From positions 2,441,003 through 2,505,002 of the forward strand of contig OZ243928.1 of NCBI GenBank assembly GCA_965213865.1: 64,000 nucleotides of DNA. Reading direction: 5' to 3'. A model generated the notes under the pieces. The model saw only the letters and a program-made list of their open reading frames with translations. It did not search any database and had not been told where the DNA came from. This stretch comes from Arenicellales bacterium (lineage in GTDB: Bacteria > Pseudomonadota > Gammaproteobacteria > Arenicellales > JAJDZL01). This document shows, one piece after another, positions 10,373 through 19,273 of this stretch. Positions within the stretch are counted from its first letter, which is position 1; each line of letters begins with the position of its first letter. Made by a program: the position numbers and the translations under genes.

Positions 10373-10849
10373 AGTCAGCATTTTAAAAGACCGCAGATAC
10401 GGACGAAAATTATCGCAATGGTGCAGCATGCTTTATTTTCATTCGTGAAGCTAAGGGCATTGCTCCTCCCCGCAAGATATTGACTGTTGATTTGCGTCTA
10501 TCCCAATAAACAGTCATTATTCCGCGCCTGAATCACCCTGCCCGTCAATGAAACAAGTATATTCTGCTGTTGCATGCCATACTGTCCGCTGCTTCTGTAG
10601 AGCTGCGAATTTCTCCTCTTTCTTGGGGTCTGGGCTTTTGTTGTCTTTTTTCTGCTCCTAGGCCAAATAGGTTTCATGGCAAAGACACAAAGCATGACAG
10701 AAAATTTCACTGCTCTCCCAACGTTTGATTTCAGATTTGATGTATCTGATTGACAGTCATATTGCAATCTGCGGAAAGAGGGTGTCCGAGACTTCAGCGC
10801 AAGCCTGGCGCCCTCTAGCCGAAAACGATCCATCAGCAGTATGCCCGTC

Positions 10850-11898
10850 ATGTACGAAGGGCGCTATGTTTTTTCTCAGCTTATGGACCCGTTGCCATGG
10901 AAGGCTTCTCACCGCTGCGTTGCCCGCCATCGCGGCGGCTGCAAAGTCAAATCATTCACCTGCGCTCAGCAATGGCGGGCGCCCAGCTGCTGCAGCCGGG
11001 CAGCCTCAGGGATATTGAGATCAGCTTGCGCGCGCCTGCAGACAAGCTCTGCCGCCTGGGACTGCCGCAAGCATCTCCAGGAACACGCTGTCCAATGCCA
11101 ATCAGGCGCGCAGCTGGAAAACGCATGCGGATTTCGGCTGCCGGCTCATCGCCGAGGCGCAGCGCCTGCATGGCCAGGACGATTTTGAGCTGCCGCTTGA
11201 CCAGCCTGCCTGCGCGCTTGACTCATCGACCATTGATCTTTGCCTGCCGCTGTCTCCGCGGGCTGAATTCCGCAAGACCAAAGCCGGTGTGAAAATGCCT
11301 GCCTTGCTGAATCTGCGAGGCAGCATTCCCTCGTTCATTGCGATCACCGGCGCCAAAATGCATGATATCAAAGCGCTGGATCAAGTGCCGGTGCAAGCCG
11401 GAGCGACCTAGATCATGGATCGCCGCTGTCTGGATTTTGAACGCCTTTATGCGATGCATTGCCACGGCGGGCATTTCATTGCCAGAGCGAAAGCCAACCC
11501 CCGGCTCAGGCGCCTTTATTCCAGCCGGACCGGCCGCACGCAAGGGGCGGCCTGCGATCCGGTGATCGTCCCGGCCAGAAAACAGTCCGATGCCGCCCCG
11601 AAAAATTGCGCCGGATCGGATGCTGTGACCAGGCCAGCGGCAAGCGTTTCCATTTCCTGACCAGCCGCCGGGCGCTGGAGCCGCTGACGATCGCTGAACT
11701 GTATCGAAACCGGTGGCAGGCGGAGCTGCTCTTCAAGCGGATCAGGCAGCATCTGCGCATCAAGTCGCTCTGCGGCGCCAGTGAGAATGCCGTCAAGACG
11801 CAGATCTGGATCGCGGCTTCCGTCTAGGCGCTGGCGGCCATCATCAAGAAAAGGCTTGAGTCAGACCTGAGTCTCTGCACATTGCTCCGAAAGAATTA
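10850..11898 (+). pseudogene. IS4-superfamily DDE transposase (DUF4372-type N-terminus), with multiple frameshifts and stops and a truncated 3' end
   Basis: Homologous pieces are spread over three plus frames. They include MYEGRYVFSQLMDPLPWKASHRCVARHRGG.KVKSFTC, AQLLQPGSLRDIEISLRA, TIDLCLPLSPRAEFRKTKAGVKMPALLNLRGSIPSFIAITGAKMHDIKALD, (stop) IMDRRCLDFERLY and LTIAELYRNRWQAELLFKRIRQHLRIKSLCGASENAVKTQIWIAASV(stop). Confidence 0.8.
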
Positions 11899-12335
11899 AG
11901 TTGAAAATCAAAAATTTTGGTGAAGATGAAGAGCTAAACATTGCAATTCGTGAATACTGCGATCTCTTTATTGATTACTGCGCTAAGGGCAGCAGCGATT
12001 TCGCTATTCACACAAAACACCGCCTGATAATGCTAGGAGGCCGCTCATGACTGTTTCAAAATCCACTCAAGACTATGAAGATGAGTTGGCAGAAGTTCGC
12101 AGGAAAATTGAGGATGCCGGCCGCCATTCCAAACCTGTTGGACAAGATGAGAACGCAGGCATCAAAGGTGACTTCGAGTTGCCCTGCTCAACGTTCCTCA
12201 AGCTTCAAGGTGAACGATGCCGTGAGAGAAAATTCTCTTTTAGTCGCGGCTCTTGCAGATAAGGTCGATTTCAGCAAAGGGACATAGAGCAGCACCTGAG
12301 ATGATCAAGCGCCATTTGTGCGAGATTTCCAGTTT

Positions 12336-14378
12336 TCAGGACAAAAATACCAGTTCCTTCATTTCGCGAATCTGGTCGCGGACTCTGGCAGCCTGCTCAA
12401 ATTCAAGATTGGCCGCATGCCTGTTCATGCTTCGCTCCAGCTTCTTCAGTTCTCTGGAAACCTGCGCAGAATCCTGCAAGTCGACTTCAACCGTCGCTGG
12501 AGCATATTCTTTGGGAGTTTTGTGAGATTTGCCGCGAGCCCCGCGTCTCGACCCGCGCCACTGCACGCCATCAATCATTTCCTTGACATCTTTTTTGATC
12601 GTTGCCGGCGAGATGCCGTGGATTTTGTTGTACTGCGTTTGCTTCTCGCGCCGACGGCTGGTCTCCTCGATCGCAGCCGCCATCGATTTGGTGATCTCAT
12701 CCGCATAGAGAATCGCCTTGCCGCGAACATTTCGAGCAGTGCGCCCGATGGTCTGAATCAGCGAGCGCGACGATCGCAGAAAGCCTTCTTTGTCGGCATC
12801 CAGTACCGCAACCAGAGATACTTCTGGAATGTCCAGTCCCTCGCGCAGCAGATTGATGCCGACCAGCACATCAAACACGCCGGCGCGCAAGTCACGCAGA
12901 ATTTCGACGCGTTCAACGGTATCGATATCCGAATGCAGATAGCGCACTCGGACCGATTGTTCGTTCAGGTAGTCTGTCAAATCCTCTGCCATCCGTTTTG
13001 TGAGCGTCGTCACCAGCACGCGCTCGCTGAGCAGCACGCGTTTTTGAATCTCACTGAGCAGATCATCCACCTGCGAATGAGCGCCTCTGACCTCGACCTC
13101 GGGGTCCACAAGGCCAGTCGGACGCACCACCTGATCGACAAAAACAGGAGACTTCTCCTCCTCATACGGGCCTGGTGTTGCCGACATGAAGATCAGCTGA
13201 GAGACTTTCTGCTCGAATTCCTCAAACTGCAGCGGGCGATTGTCCATCGCTGACGGCAGACGGAAGCCGAAGTCAACAAGTGTTTCCTTGCGCGACCGGT
13301 CACCGCGATACATGGCCCGAAGCTGCGGAATGGTAACATGACTCTCGTCGACAAAGACCAAAGATTCCTCTGGCAGATAGTCGATCAGCGTATCCGGCGC
13401 CTCGCCGGGCTGGCGCTCTGACAGATGCAGCGAATAGTTCTCAATGCCTGAGCAGTAGCCAAGCTCGGACATCATCTCCAGGTCGTAATGGGTGCGCTGC
13501 GCCAGACGCTGCGCCTCAACCAGCTTGTTCTGGTCGTTGAGCTCGATGAGACGATTCTCAAGCTCGCACTTGATCCGGTAAATCGCCTGCTCGACTGTAT
13601 CGCGGCTGGTGACGTAGTGCGTCTTGGGAAAAACCGTGTGGCGAACAACCTGGTCAAGCACTTCACCAGTGAGCGAGTCAAACAGCGAGAGTTTCTCAAT
13701 GGTGTCGCCAAAAAGCTCCACCCGCACGACAACAGTGTCAGAATCAGCAGGAAAGATGTCAATCACATCGCCGCGCACGCGAAAAGTGCCGCGGCGCAGC
13801 TCGACATCGTTGCGGCTGTATTGCAATTCAGCCAAAGTTCTGAGAATGACTCTTTGGTCAATCACTGCGCCTTTGCGAAGATGCAGGATCATCTTGTTGT
13901 ACTCGCTTGGATTGCCCAGTCCAAAAATCGCAGAGACCGTGGCGACGATGACTGTGTCCTTGCGCTGCAGCAGCGCATTGGTGGCAGACAGTCGCATCTG
14001 ATCAATGTGATCGTTGATGGATGCGTCCTTCTCAATGTAGGTATCAGAGCTTGGTACGTACGCCTCGGGCTGATAATAGTCGTAATACGACACAAAGTAC
14101 TCGACTGCATTTTTCGGAAAGAAATCCCGCAGCTCCGAGTACAGCTGCGCCGCCAGCGTCTTGTTATGCGCCAGCACCAGAGTCGGACAGCCAATCTCGG
14201 CGATCACATTGGCCATGGTGAAAGTCTTGCCGCTGCCCGTTGCTCCAAGCAGTGTCTGGTAACGCTGCCGAGCGCGGACGCCGTCGACCAGCTTGGCGAT
14301 CGCCTGCGGCTGATCACCTGCCGGCGTATAGTCCGATACCAGCTCAAACAATGGCAAAATCAAGCCTCCGCTTCTCAA
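12336..14378 (-). CDS. uvrB: excinuclease ABC subunit B
   Basis: 680 aa with [19 protein letters not shown], helicase motifs and a C-terminal UVR domain ([13 protein letters not shown]). The true start may be the TTG at 14357, which follows GGAGG. Confidence 0.96.
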   Translation of the reverse strand: MRSGGLILPLFELVSDYTPAGDQPQAIAKLVDGVRARQRYQTLLGATGSGKTFTMANVIAEIGCPTLVLAHNKTLAAQLYSELRDFFPKNAVEYFVSYYDYYQPEAYVPSSDTYIEKDASINDHIDQMRLSATNALLQRKDTVIVATVSAIFGLGNPSEYNKMILHLRKGAVIDQRVILRTLAELQYSRNDVELRRGTFRVRGDVIDIFPADSDTVVVRVELFGDTIEKLSLFDSLTGEVLDQVVRHTVFPKTHYVTSRDTVEQAIYRIKCELENRLIELNDQNKLVEAQRLAQRTHYDLEMMSELGYCSGIENYSLHLSERQPGEAPDTLIDYLPEESLVFVDESHVTIPQLRAMYRGDRSRKETLVDFGFRLPSAMDNRPLQFEEFEQKVSQLIFMSATPGPYEEEKSPVFVDQVVRPTGLVDPEVEVRGAHSQVDDLLSEIQKRVLLSERVLVTTLTKRMAEDLTDYLNEQSVRVRYLHSDIDTVERVEILRDLRAGVFDVLVGINLLREGLDIPEVSLVAVLDADKEGFLRSSRSLIQTIGRTARNVRGKAILYADEITKSMAAAIEETSRRREKQTQYNKIHGISPATIKKDVKEMIDGVQWRGSRRGARGKSHKTPKEYAPATVEVDLQDSAQVSRELKKLERSMNRHAANLEFEQAARVRDQIREMKELVFLS

Positions 14379-14434
14379 ATACTTGCAATATACTAAAAAT
14401 TAAATTCACTCAATACCATGCACTGAGGCTACAG

Positions 14435-15616
14435 ATGACTGAACTGTCTAATCGCGTCAATTCAATCAAACCATCAGCGACTATTGCTGTTTCGACACTG
14501 GCGCGCGAGCTGAAAGCCGCTGGCCGCGATGTAATCGGGCTTGGCGCTGGCGAGCCGGATTTTGACACACCTGAGCACATCAAAGCCGCGGCAATCAAAG
14601 CCATACGCTCAGGGCAAACCAAGTATACACCGGCTGATGGAACACCTGAGCTGAAGACTGCGATTGCGGAGAAATTTCAGCGCGAGAATGCCTTGGAATA
14701 CACACCTGCCAATATTGTTGTCTCTACGGGCGCCAAGCAGAGTCTGATCAATATTCTCACCGCCCTGCTCGACGCCGGCGATGAGGTCATCATTCCCGCA
14801 CCCTACTGGGTTTCCTACCCGGATATGACCGTGCTGTCAGGAGGTGTTCCAGTGATCGTCAGCGCTGGCATTGAGCAAGGATTCAAGCTTCAGCCCGAGC
14901 AGTTGCGCGAGGCAATTTCTGCGCGCACGAAAATCGTACTGCTCAACAGTCCGAGCAATCCGACCGGTGCGGCCTACACTCTCAATGAGCTCAAGGCACT
15001 CGCTGAAGTCTTGCTGGCGCATCCGCAAGTAATGATCGCAAGCGATGATATTTATGAGCACATCCAATGGACCGACGCGCCATTTTGCAATATTGTGAAT
15101 GCCTGTCCTGACCTGCAGGATCGAACGATCATTGTCAATGGCGTTTCAAAGGCCTTTGCCATGACCGGCTGGAGAATCGGCTATGCCGCAGCCGCCGAAT
15201 CCCTGGCTGCCGCCATGCGCAAGATCCAATCGCAAACGACCTCAAATCCGAATTCAATCGCACAGGCCGCGGCCGCAGAAGCTCTGAATGGTCCGCAGGA
15301 CGAGGTCCATCAAATGGCAAAGGAGTTTCACCGGCGCCATGATTTTATTGTTGACAGCCTTAACGAGGTGAATGGCATGAAGTGCTTGCCAGGTGACGGC
15401 GCGTTCTATGCATTTCCGGATTGCAGCGAAATTATCGCCAGTCTCGACGGGATCCATACCGATGTGGAGCTTTCCGAGTACATCTTGAGCGAAGCCGAAG
15501 TTGCAGTGGTTCCGGGCAGCGCTTTTGGCGGCGCAGGCCACATCCGTCTCTCATTCGCGACCAGCATGGCAGTCTTGGAGGAAGCCGTAAGTCGCCTGAA
15601 AAATTTATTTGCCTGA
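14435..15616 (+). CDS. class I pyridoxal-phosphate aminotransferase (aspartate/aromatic type)
   Basis: Starting from the internal ATG gives MTELSNRVNSIKPSATIAVS...GEPDFDTPEHIK...SPSNPTGAAY...SKAFAMTGWRIGY. The track start at 14240 would overlap uvrB and is rejected. Confidence 0.9.
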   Translation: MTELSNRVNSIKPSATIAVSTLARELKAAGRDVIGLGAGEPDFDTPEHIKAAAIKAIRSGQTKYTPADGTPELKTAIAEKFQRENALEYTPANIVVSTGAKQSLINILTALLDAGDEVIIPAPYWVSYPDMTVLSGGVPVIVSAGIEQGFKLQPEQLREAISARTKIVLLNSPSNPTGAAYTLNELKALAEVLLAHPQVMIASDDIYEHIQWTDAPFCNIVNACPDLQDRTIIVNGVSKAFAMTGWRIGYAAAAESLAAAMRKIQSQTTSNPNSIAQAAAAEALNGPQDEVHQMAKEFHRRHDFIVDSLNEVNGMKCLPGDGAFYAFPDCSEIIASLDGIHTDVELSEYILSEAEVAVVPGSAFGGAGHIRLSFATSMAVLEEAVSRLKNLFA

Positions 15617-16013
15617 CATCAAATGTGCGCGGTGCCTGCGACGGCTGTCTTTCCAAGAAAATTGACTTGTCGCCCGATGGCTTGTCAGCAACCGCATGAG
15701 GAAAACCTCATTGCGCATGGGGGCTAATGCGTTATTGGATTTTTTCAAATGCTTGCGAAAGCCGAAACTTGAGCTCAGACTCACTCTCAGCGAATTTGAA
15801 CTGCCTGGACTGCAAAGCTGCTGAAGTTTCAGAAATGCTTGACTCGAAATCTAAATCGTGCGTAAAATGGGGATTATCAGTCAGGCGCAGGCCTCTGTAT
15901 CCGGTCTGGAAATGCTGACTGAGTGGGCGCAGAATATTCAATTGCAGCATGACGGATTGCAAAACAACTGTTTTTTGCGATTGCACTGCAGATTCAGCAA
16001 GGAGTAAGCAAGC

Positions 16014-17054
16014 ATGGCGAAGCGACAGCGGTATGAGGGTCCAATCAAGCAAGCGCAGCATGAAACGGCTTGGCCGGAGGGTGCGCAAGAGCTGCGTCCT
16101 CAGTGGCATGAAGACCAGATCCGACTCTATTTGTCCCAACTGCCCTGCTGGGCAGGCAGTCTGGACAACGGCAGCCTGACCATTGAGCGACTGGTCGGCG
16201 GGCTTTGCAATCGCAATTATCGAATTCGTCATGCCGATGGAGAGCAGGCTGCAAGGATCGGCAAAGATATCCCGGTACACGGCATCATCCAGTCGTCTGT
16301 ACAGGCTTCGATGTACGCGGCCGGCGAGATCGGAATCAGTCCAAAAGTCATTTTGTCAGAGCCGCACCTGACTATCGTTGATTTTCTGCCCGGCGGCTGC
16401 CTCAAACCCGAGGACTTCATTGAGGACGAAGAGCGGATCAGCGCAATTGTTGCCCTTTTGCAGCGCTTGCATGCGGGCTCGAGGCAGGTGCGCGAGGCGC
16501 TGACCTACTTTTGGCCGTTTCAAGTGATTCGAAACTATGTCGCCATCGGTACCGAAAGACAATCCCGTTTGTGCGATGAATTCCCAGAAGTCCTGCGCAT
16601 CAATGCTCTGCTGGAAAGCGCAATTGATCGATTCGTTCCTGTATTCACGCACAACGACACGGTTCCGCAGAATTTTGTATTCGACGGGGACTGCAAAATC
16701 TGGATGATTGACTGGGATTACGGCGGCTATGGTCATCCGATGTTTGATTTGGTCGGTGTCAGCTGCAACTCAGACATGGCTGAGAAATACGAAAGAATCA
16801 TGTTTGAGAAGTATTACGGAACGCTTACCGAAACGCTGCGCCGGCAGCTGATTGCATTCAAGCTGGCATTGAATCTTCGCGAATACATGTGGGGCATGAC
16901 GCAGGAAGTCACCTCAGATCTGGGTGACGAGAGCGTTGCTGAATCCATGGCTGAAATTTATCCTGATCAGGAGGCTGGCTACGAAGGCTATACCAACATG
17001 AATAAAGATCGATTCGAAGCCAACTGGGACCTTTATCGCGGCGCTTTCGACTAG
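16014..17054 (+). CDS. choline/ethanolamine-kinase-like phosphotransferase (APH/ChoK fold)
   Basis: Motifs include GGLCNRNYRI, a Brenner-type HNDTVPQNF and IDWDYGGYGHPMFD. GGAG lies 9 nt upstream of the ATG. Confidence 0.75.
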   Translation: MAKRQRYEGPIKQAQHETAWPEGAQELRPQWHEDQIRLYLSQLPCWAGSLDNGSLTIERLVGGLCNRNYRIRHADGEQAARIGKDIPVHGIIQSSVQASMYAAGEIGISPKVILSEPHLTIVDFLPGGCLKPEDFIEDEERISAIVALLQRLHAGSRQVREALTYFWPFQVIRNYVAIGTERQSRLCDEFPEVLRINALLESAIDRFVPVFTHNDTVPQNFVFDGDCKIWMIDWDYGGYGHPMFDLVGVSCNSDMAEKYERIMFEKYYGTLTETLRRQLIAFKLALNLREYMWGMTQEVTSDLGDESVAESMAEIYPDQEAGYEGYTNMNKDRFEANWDLYRGAFD

Positions 17055-17183
17055 CCTGATTTGAATTTCGAGCCTGCCCGAGCACTCGGAGCGCACAGCC
17101 GCTGGCAAATAATTTTTCGCCAAGAGCGCCGCCTCGCAAAAATCACGTAAATTGTCTAACCTTAATGATTTGGAGAAACCGAT

Positions 17184-18134
17184 ATGGGAAAGAAACTGAA
17201 AAGCTTTTTTGCGGCAAGTCTTGTCGTTTTCATGGTCTATGCACCGGCCGCATCCGCCCAGGCGGAGTCCAGTGATCCGATCAAGATCACCTGGCATGAT
17301 TGGACCGGACAGTTCATCACAGCGACGCTGATTGGTGAAATTCTAAAGTCGATGGGCTACAGCATCGAATATGTTCCGGCTGATTACATCGCACAGTTTG
17401 TGGGCCTGGAATCTGGAGACCTGCATGTCGCAGTCGAAATCTGGGAAACCACCGGGAAAGACGCGCTTGAAGCCTCTCTTGCAACCGGCAACACGGTTGA
17501 GCTGGGCGAGACAGGCATGTTCGCGATTGAGGAGTGGTGGTATCCGCTGTATATGAAAGAAATGTGTCCCGGATTGCCGGACTGGACCGCTTTGAATGAT
17601 TGTGCAGAAGCTTTTTCCACTCCGGAAACCGCACCCAAAGGACGCTACCTGGGTGGTCCGGTAACCTGGGGCGGATATGACGATGAGCGGGTCGAGGCGC
17701 TGGAGCTGGATTACGAAGTTGTTCATGCCGGCACGGATGCTGCTTTATTCGCTGAAATCGAATCCGCCTATCAGCGCCAGGCGCCTGTACTCGCTTGGGT
17801 CTATGCGCCGCATTGGGCGACAGCCAAATTTGAGGGCGAATGGGTTGAATTTCCAGTCTATACCGATGAGTGCTACAAAGATCCGTCTTGGGGAACAAAT
17901 TCGGATATGGCCTATGACTGCGGCAAGCCGCGCGGCTGGATCAAGGCCGTCGGATGGGCCGAGGGTGAGGCAAAATGGCCAAAAGCCTATCAGACTGTCC
18001 GCAATTTCACAATTGACAACGAGATCATGAGCTCATTGATCGTCAAAGTGGATCTGGAAGGACAGACTGTGGAGAATGTCGTCGCCGAGTGGCTGCAAGA
18101 CAACGAAAGCACCTGGAAAGCCTGGACGCAGTAA
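17184..18134 (+). CDS. glycine betaine/proline betaine-type ABC transporter substrate-binding protein (OpuAC/ProX family)
   Basis: The signal peptide MGKKLKSFFAASLVVFMVYAPAASAQA is followed by WTGQFITATLIGEILKSMGY and the aromatic-rich WW.YP pattern of ProX-like proteins. It is adjacent to matching ATPase and permease genes. Confidence 0.85.
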   Translation: MGKKLKSFFAASLVVFMVYAPAASAQAESSDPIKITWHDWTGQFITATLIGEILKSMGYSIEYVPADYIAQFVGLESGDLHVAVEIWETTGKDALEASLATGNTVELGETGMFAIEEWWYPLYMKEMCPGLPDWTALNDCAEAFSTPETAPKGRYLGGPVTWGGYDDERVEALELDYEVVHAGTDAALFAEIESAYQRQAPVLAWVYAPHWATAKFEGEWVEFPVYTDECYKDPSWGTNSDMAYDCGKPRGWIKAVGWAEGEAKWPKAYQTVRNFTIDNEIMSSLIVKVDLEGQTVENVVAEWLQDNESTWKAWTQ

Positions 18135-18158
18135 ATCGGCGTTCCAGCGAATCTGATG

Positions 18159-18203
18159 ACGCGCCAGCTTGCTCGCTCGGGCAGGGCTGGCGCGTATTTT
18201 TTT
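18159..18203 (+). terminator. Rho-independent terminator or attenuator between the binding-protein and ATPase genes
   Basis: ACGCGCCAGC (18159-18168) pairs perfectly with GCTGGCGCGT (18186-18195) over 10 bp with a 17-nt loop. It is followed by A and T7 (18197-18203). Confidence 0.75.
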
Positions 18204-18229
18204 GAACTCAATTCTTTCCGGCCAGCACG

Positions 18230-19261
18230 ATGAGCGCAGCCAGCCCTATTCTCATTTGCGAAGGTGTCTGGAAAGTTTTTGGCAAGGGTGCCGAACAGCT
18301 GTTTGAGCGCTATCCCAGTGCTCGTGTCAACGACGATGCTCTCAGCCAGGCGGGATTGATCGGTGCGGTCCGCGATGTCAATCTGTCTGTCAGCGAGGGT
18401 GAGATTTTTGTCATTATGGGACTCTCAGGCTCTGGCAAATCGACACTGCTGCGCTGCATGTCGCGCCTGATCGAGCCGACCTGCGGTGCAATCATGTTTG
18501 AGAATGCCGATCTTTTGAAGCAATCTGAGAAGGAGATGATCAATATCCGCCGACACAAGATGGGCATGGTGTTTCAGCACTTCGCCTTGATGCCGCATTT
18601 GACAGTACTCGGCAATGTGGCATTTCCGCTGGAGGTCCAGGGTGTCGAAAAAAATGTGCGCGAGCAGCGAGCGCGCGAAGTGATTGGACTCGTCGGACTG
18701 GAGGATCGCGAAGCCTATTACCCAAGAGAGCTCTCCGGCGGACAGCAGCAGCGCGTAGGGATTGCAAGATCGCTGGCGGTCGAGCCGAAAATCTGGTTTC
18801 TGGATGAGCCGTTCTCGGCACTGGATCCGCTGATCAGAAAAGAAATGCAAGATGAGTTTCTGCGCATTCAGTCGATGCTGAACAAAACCATCGTCTTTAT
18901 CACACACGACTTCAATGAGGCTGTGCGGCTCGCAGATCGTATCGCCATCATGAAAGACGGCTTGATCGTTCAGATTGGGTCCCCTGAAGAGCTGGTGCTG
19001 CGTCCCGCGGACCAATACGTTGAGGAATTTACCAATGACTTGGTCAGAGCCAAGGTGTTCAGAGCCAAGTCTGTGATGGTCGAGCGCATCACAAGCGCGC
19101 CGACCGGCGGTTCGGTGCCGCATTCAGCAAAAATTGAAGACTTGGCAGAGCAAGTTGTGAATTCAGACAAGCCGTTTGATGTCACGGATGATGCGGGCAA
19201 GGTGATCGGCTCCATTACGCGCGAACTGGTGATGGATGTGCTGATTGCGCGCCGCAAATAA
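18230..19261 (+). CDS. glycine betaine-type ABC transporter ATP-binding protein (ProV/OpuAA-like)
   Basis: Walker A GLSGSGKST, signature LSGGQQQRV and Walker B IWFLDEP, plus a C-terminal CBS-like tail. Confidence 0.9.
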   Translation: MSAASPILICEGVWKVFGKGAEQLFERYPSARVNDDALSQAGLIGAVRDVNLSVSEGEIFVIMGLSGSGKSTLLRCMSRLIEPTCGAIMFENADLLKQSEKEMINIRRHKMGMVFQHFALMPHLTVLGNVAFPLEVQGVEKNVREQRAREVIGLVGLEDREAYYPRELSGGQQQRVGIARSLAVEPKIWFLDEPFSALDPLIRKEMQDEFLRIQSMLNKTIVFITHDFNEAVRLADRIAIMKDGLIVQIGSPEELVLRPADQYVEEFTNDLVRAKVFRAKSVMVERITSAPTGGSVPHSAKIEDLAEQVVNSDKPFDVTDDAGKVIGSITRELVMDVLIARRK

Positions 19262-19273
19262 CACTGAATATCC

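Noticed and set aside
10498-10851. A 117-aa minus-strand ORF between the autotransporter and the IS remnant.
   Set aside because: It has an Arg/Lys/Ser-rich, low-complexity translation. It spans what should be the autotransporter promoter region and the IS end, and nothing supports it.
12318-14396. Long plus-strand ORFs (12318..13253, 311 aa; 13488..14396, 302 aa) opposite uvrB. Similar cases are 5253..6119 opposite thrS, 2132..2773 opposite pheS, 31295..32065 opposite lepB, 38596..39210 opposite maeA, 61772..62866 opposite the IS1634-like transposase, and 18425..19123 opposite the ABC ATPase.
   Set aside because: They lie antisense to genes with unmistakable conserved motifs and have low-complexity, Arg/Leu/Gln-rich translations typical of shadow ORFs. 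There is no independent evidence for overlapping genes.
14240-14434. A 65-codon N-terminal extension of the aminotransferase in the ORF track. Similar extensions appear for yggX (28548), rpoE (36843), eno (50502), the long Rpn gene (44791) and both NTPase paralogs (32905, 47289).
   Set aside because: The extensions overlap neighbouring genes or lack similarity between paralogs. Internal ATGs give N-termini that match the families or paralogs.
15732-16280. A 182-aa minus-strand ORF in and beyond the aminotransferase/kinase intergenic region.
   Set aside because: Its 5' third overlaps the well-supported kinase-like gene (ATG 16014 with RBS) on the opposite strand, and I recognised no motifs. 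A shorter ORF of about 70 codons confined to 15732-15950 cannot be excluded but has no support.
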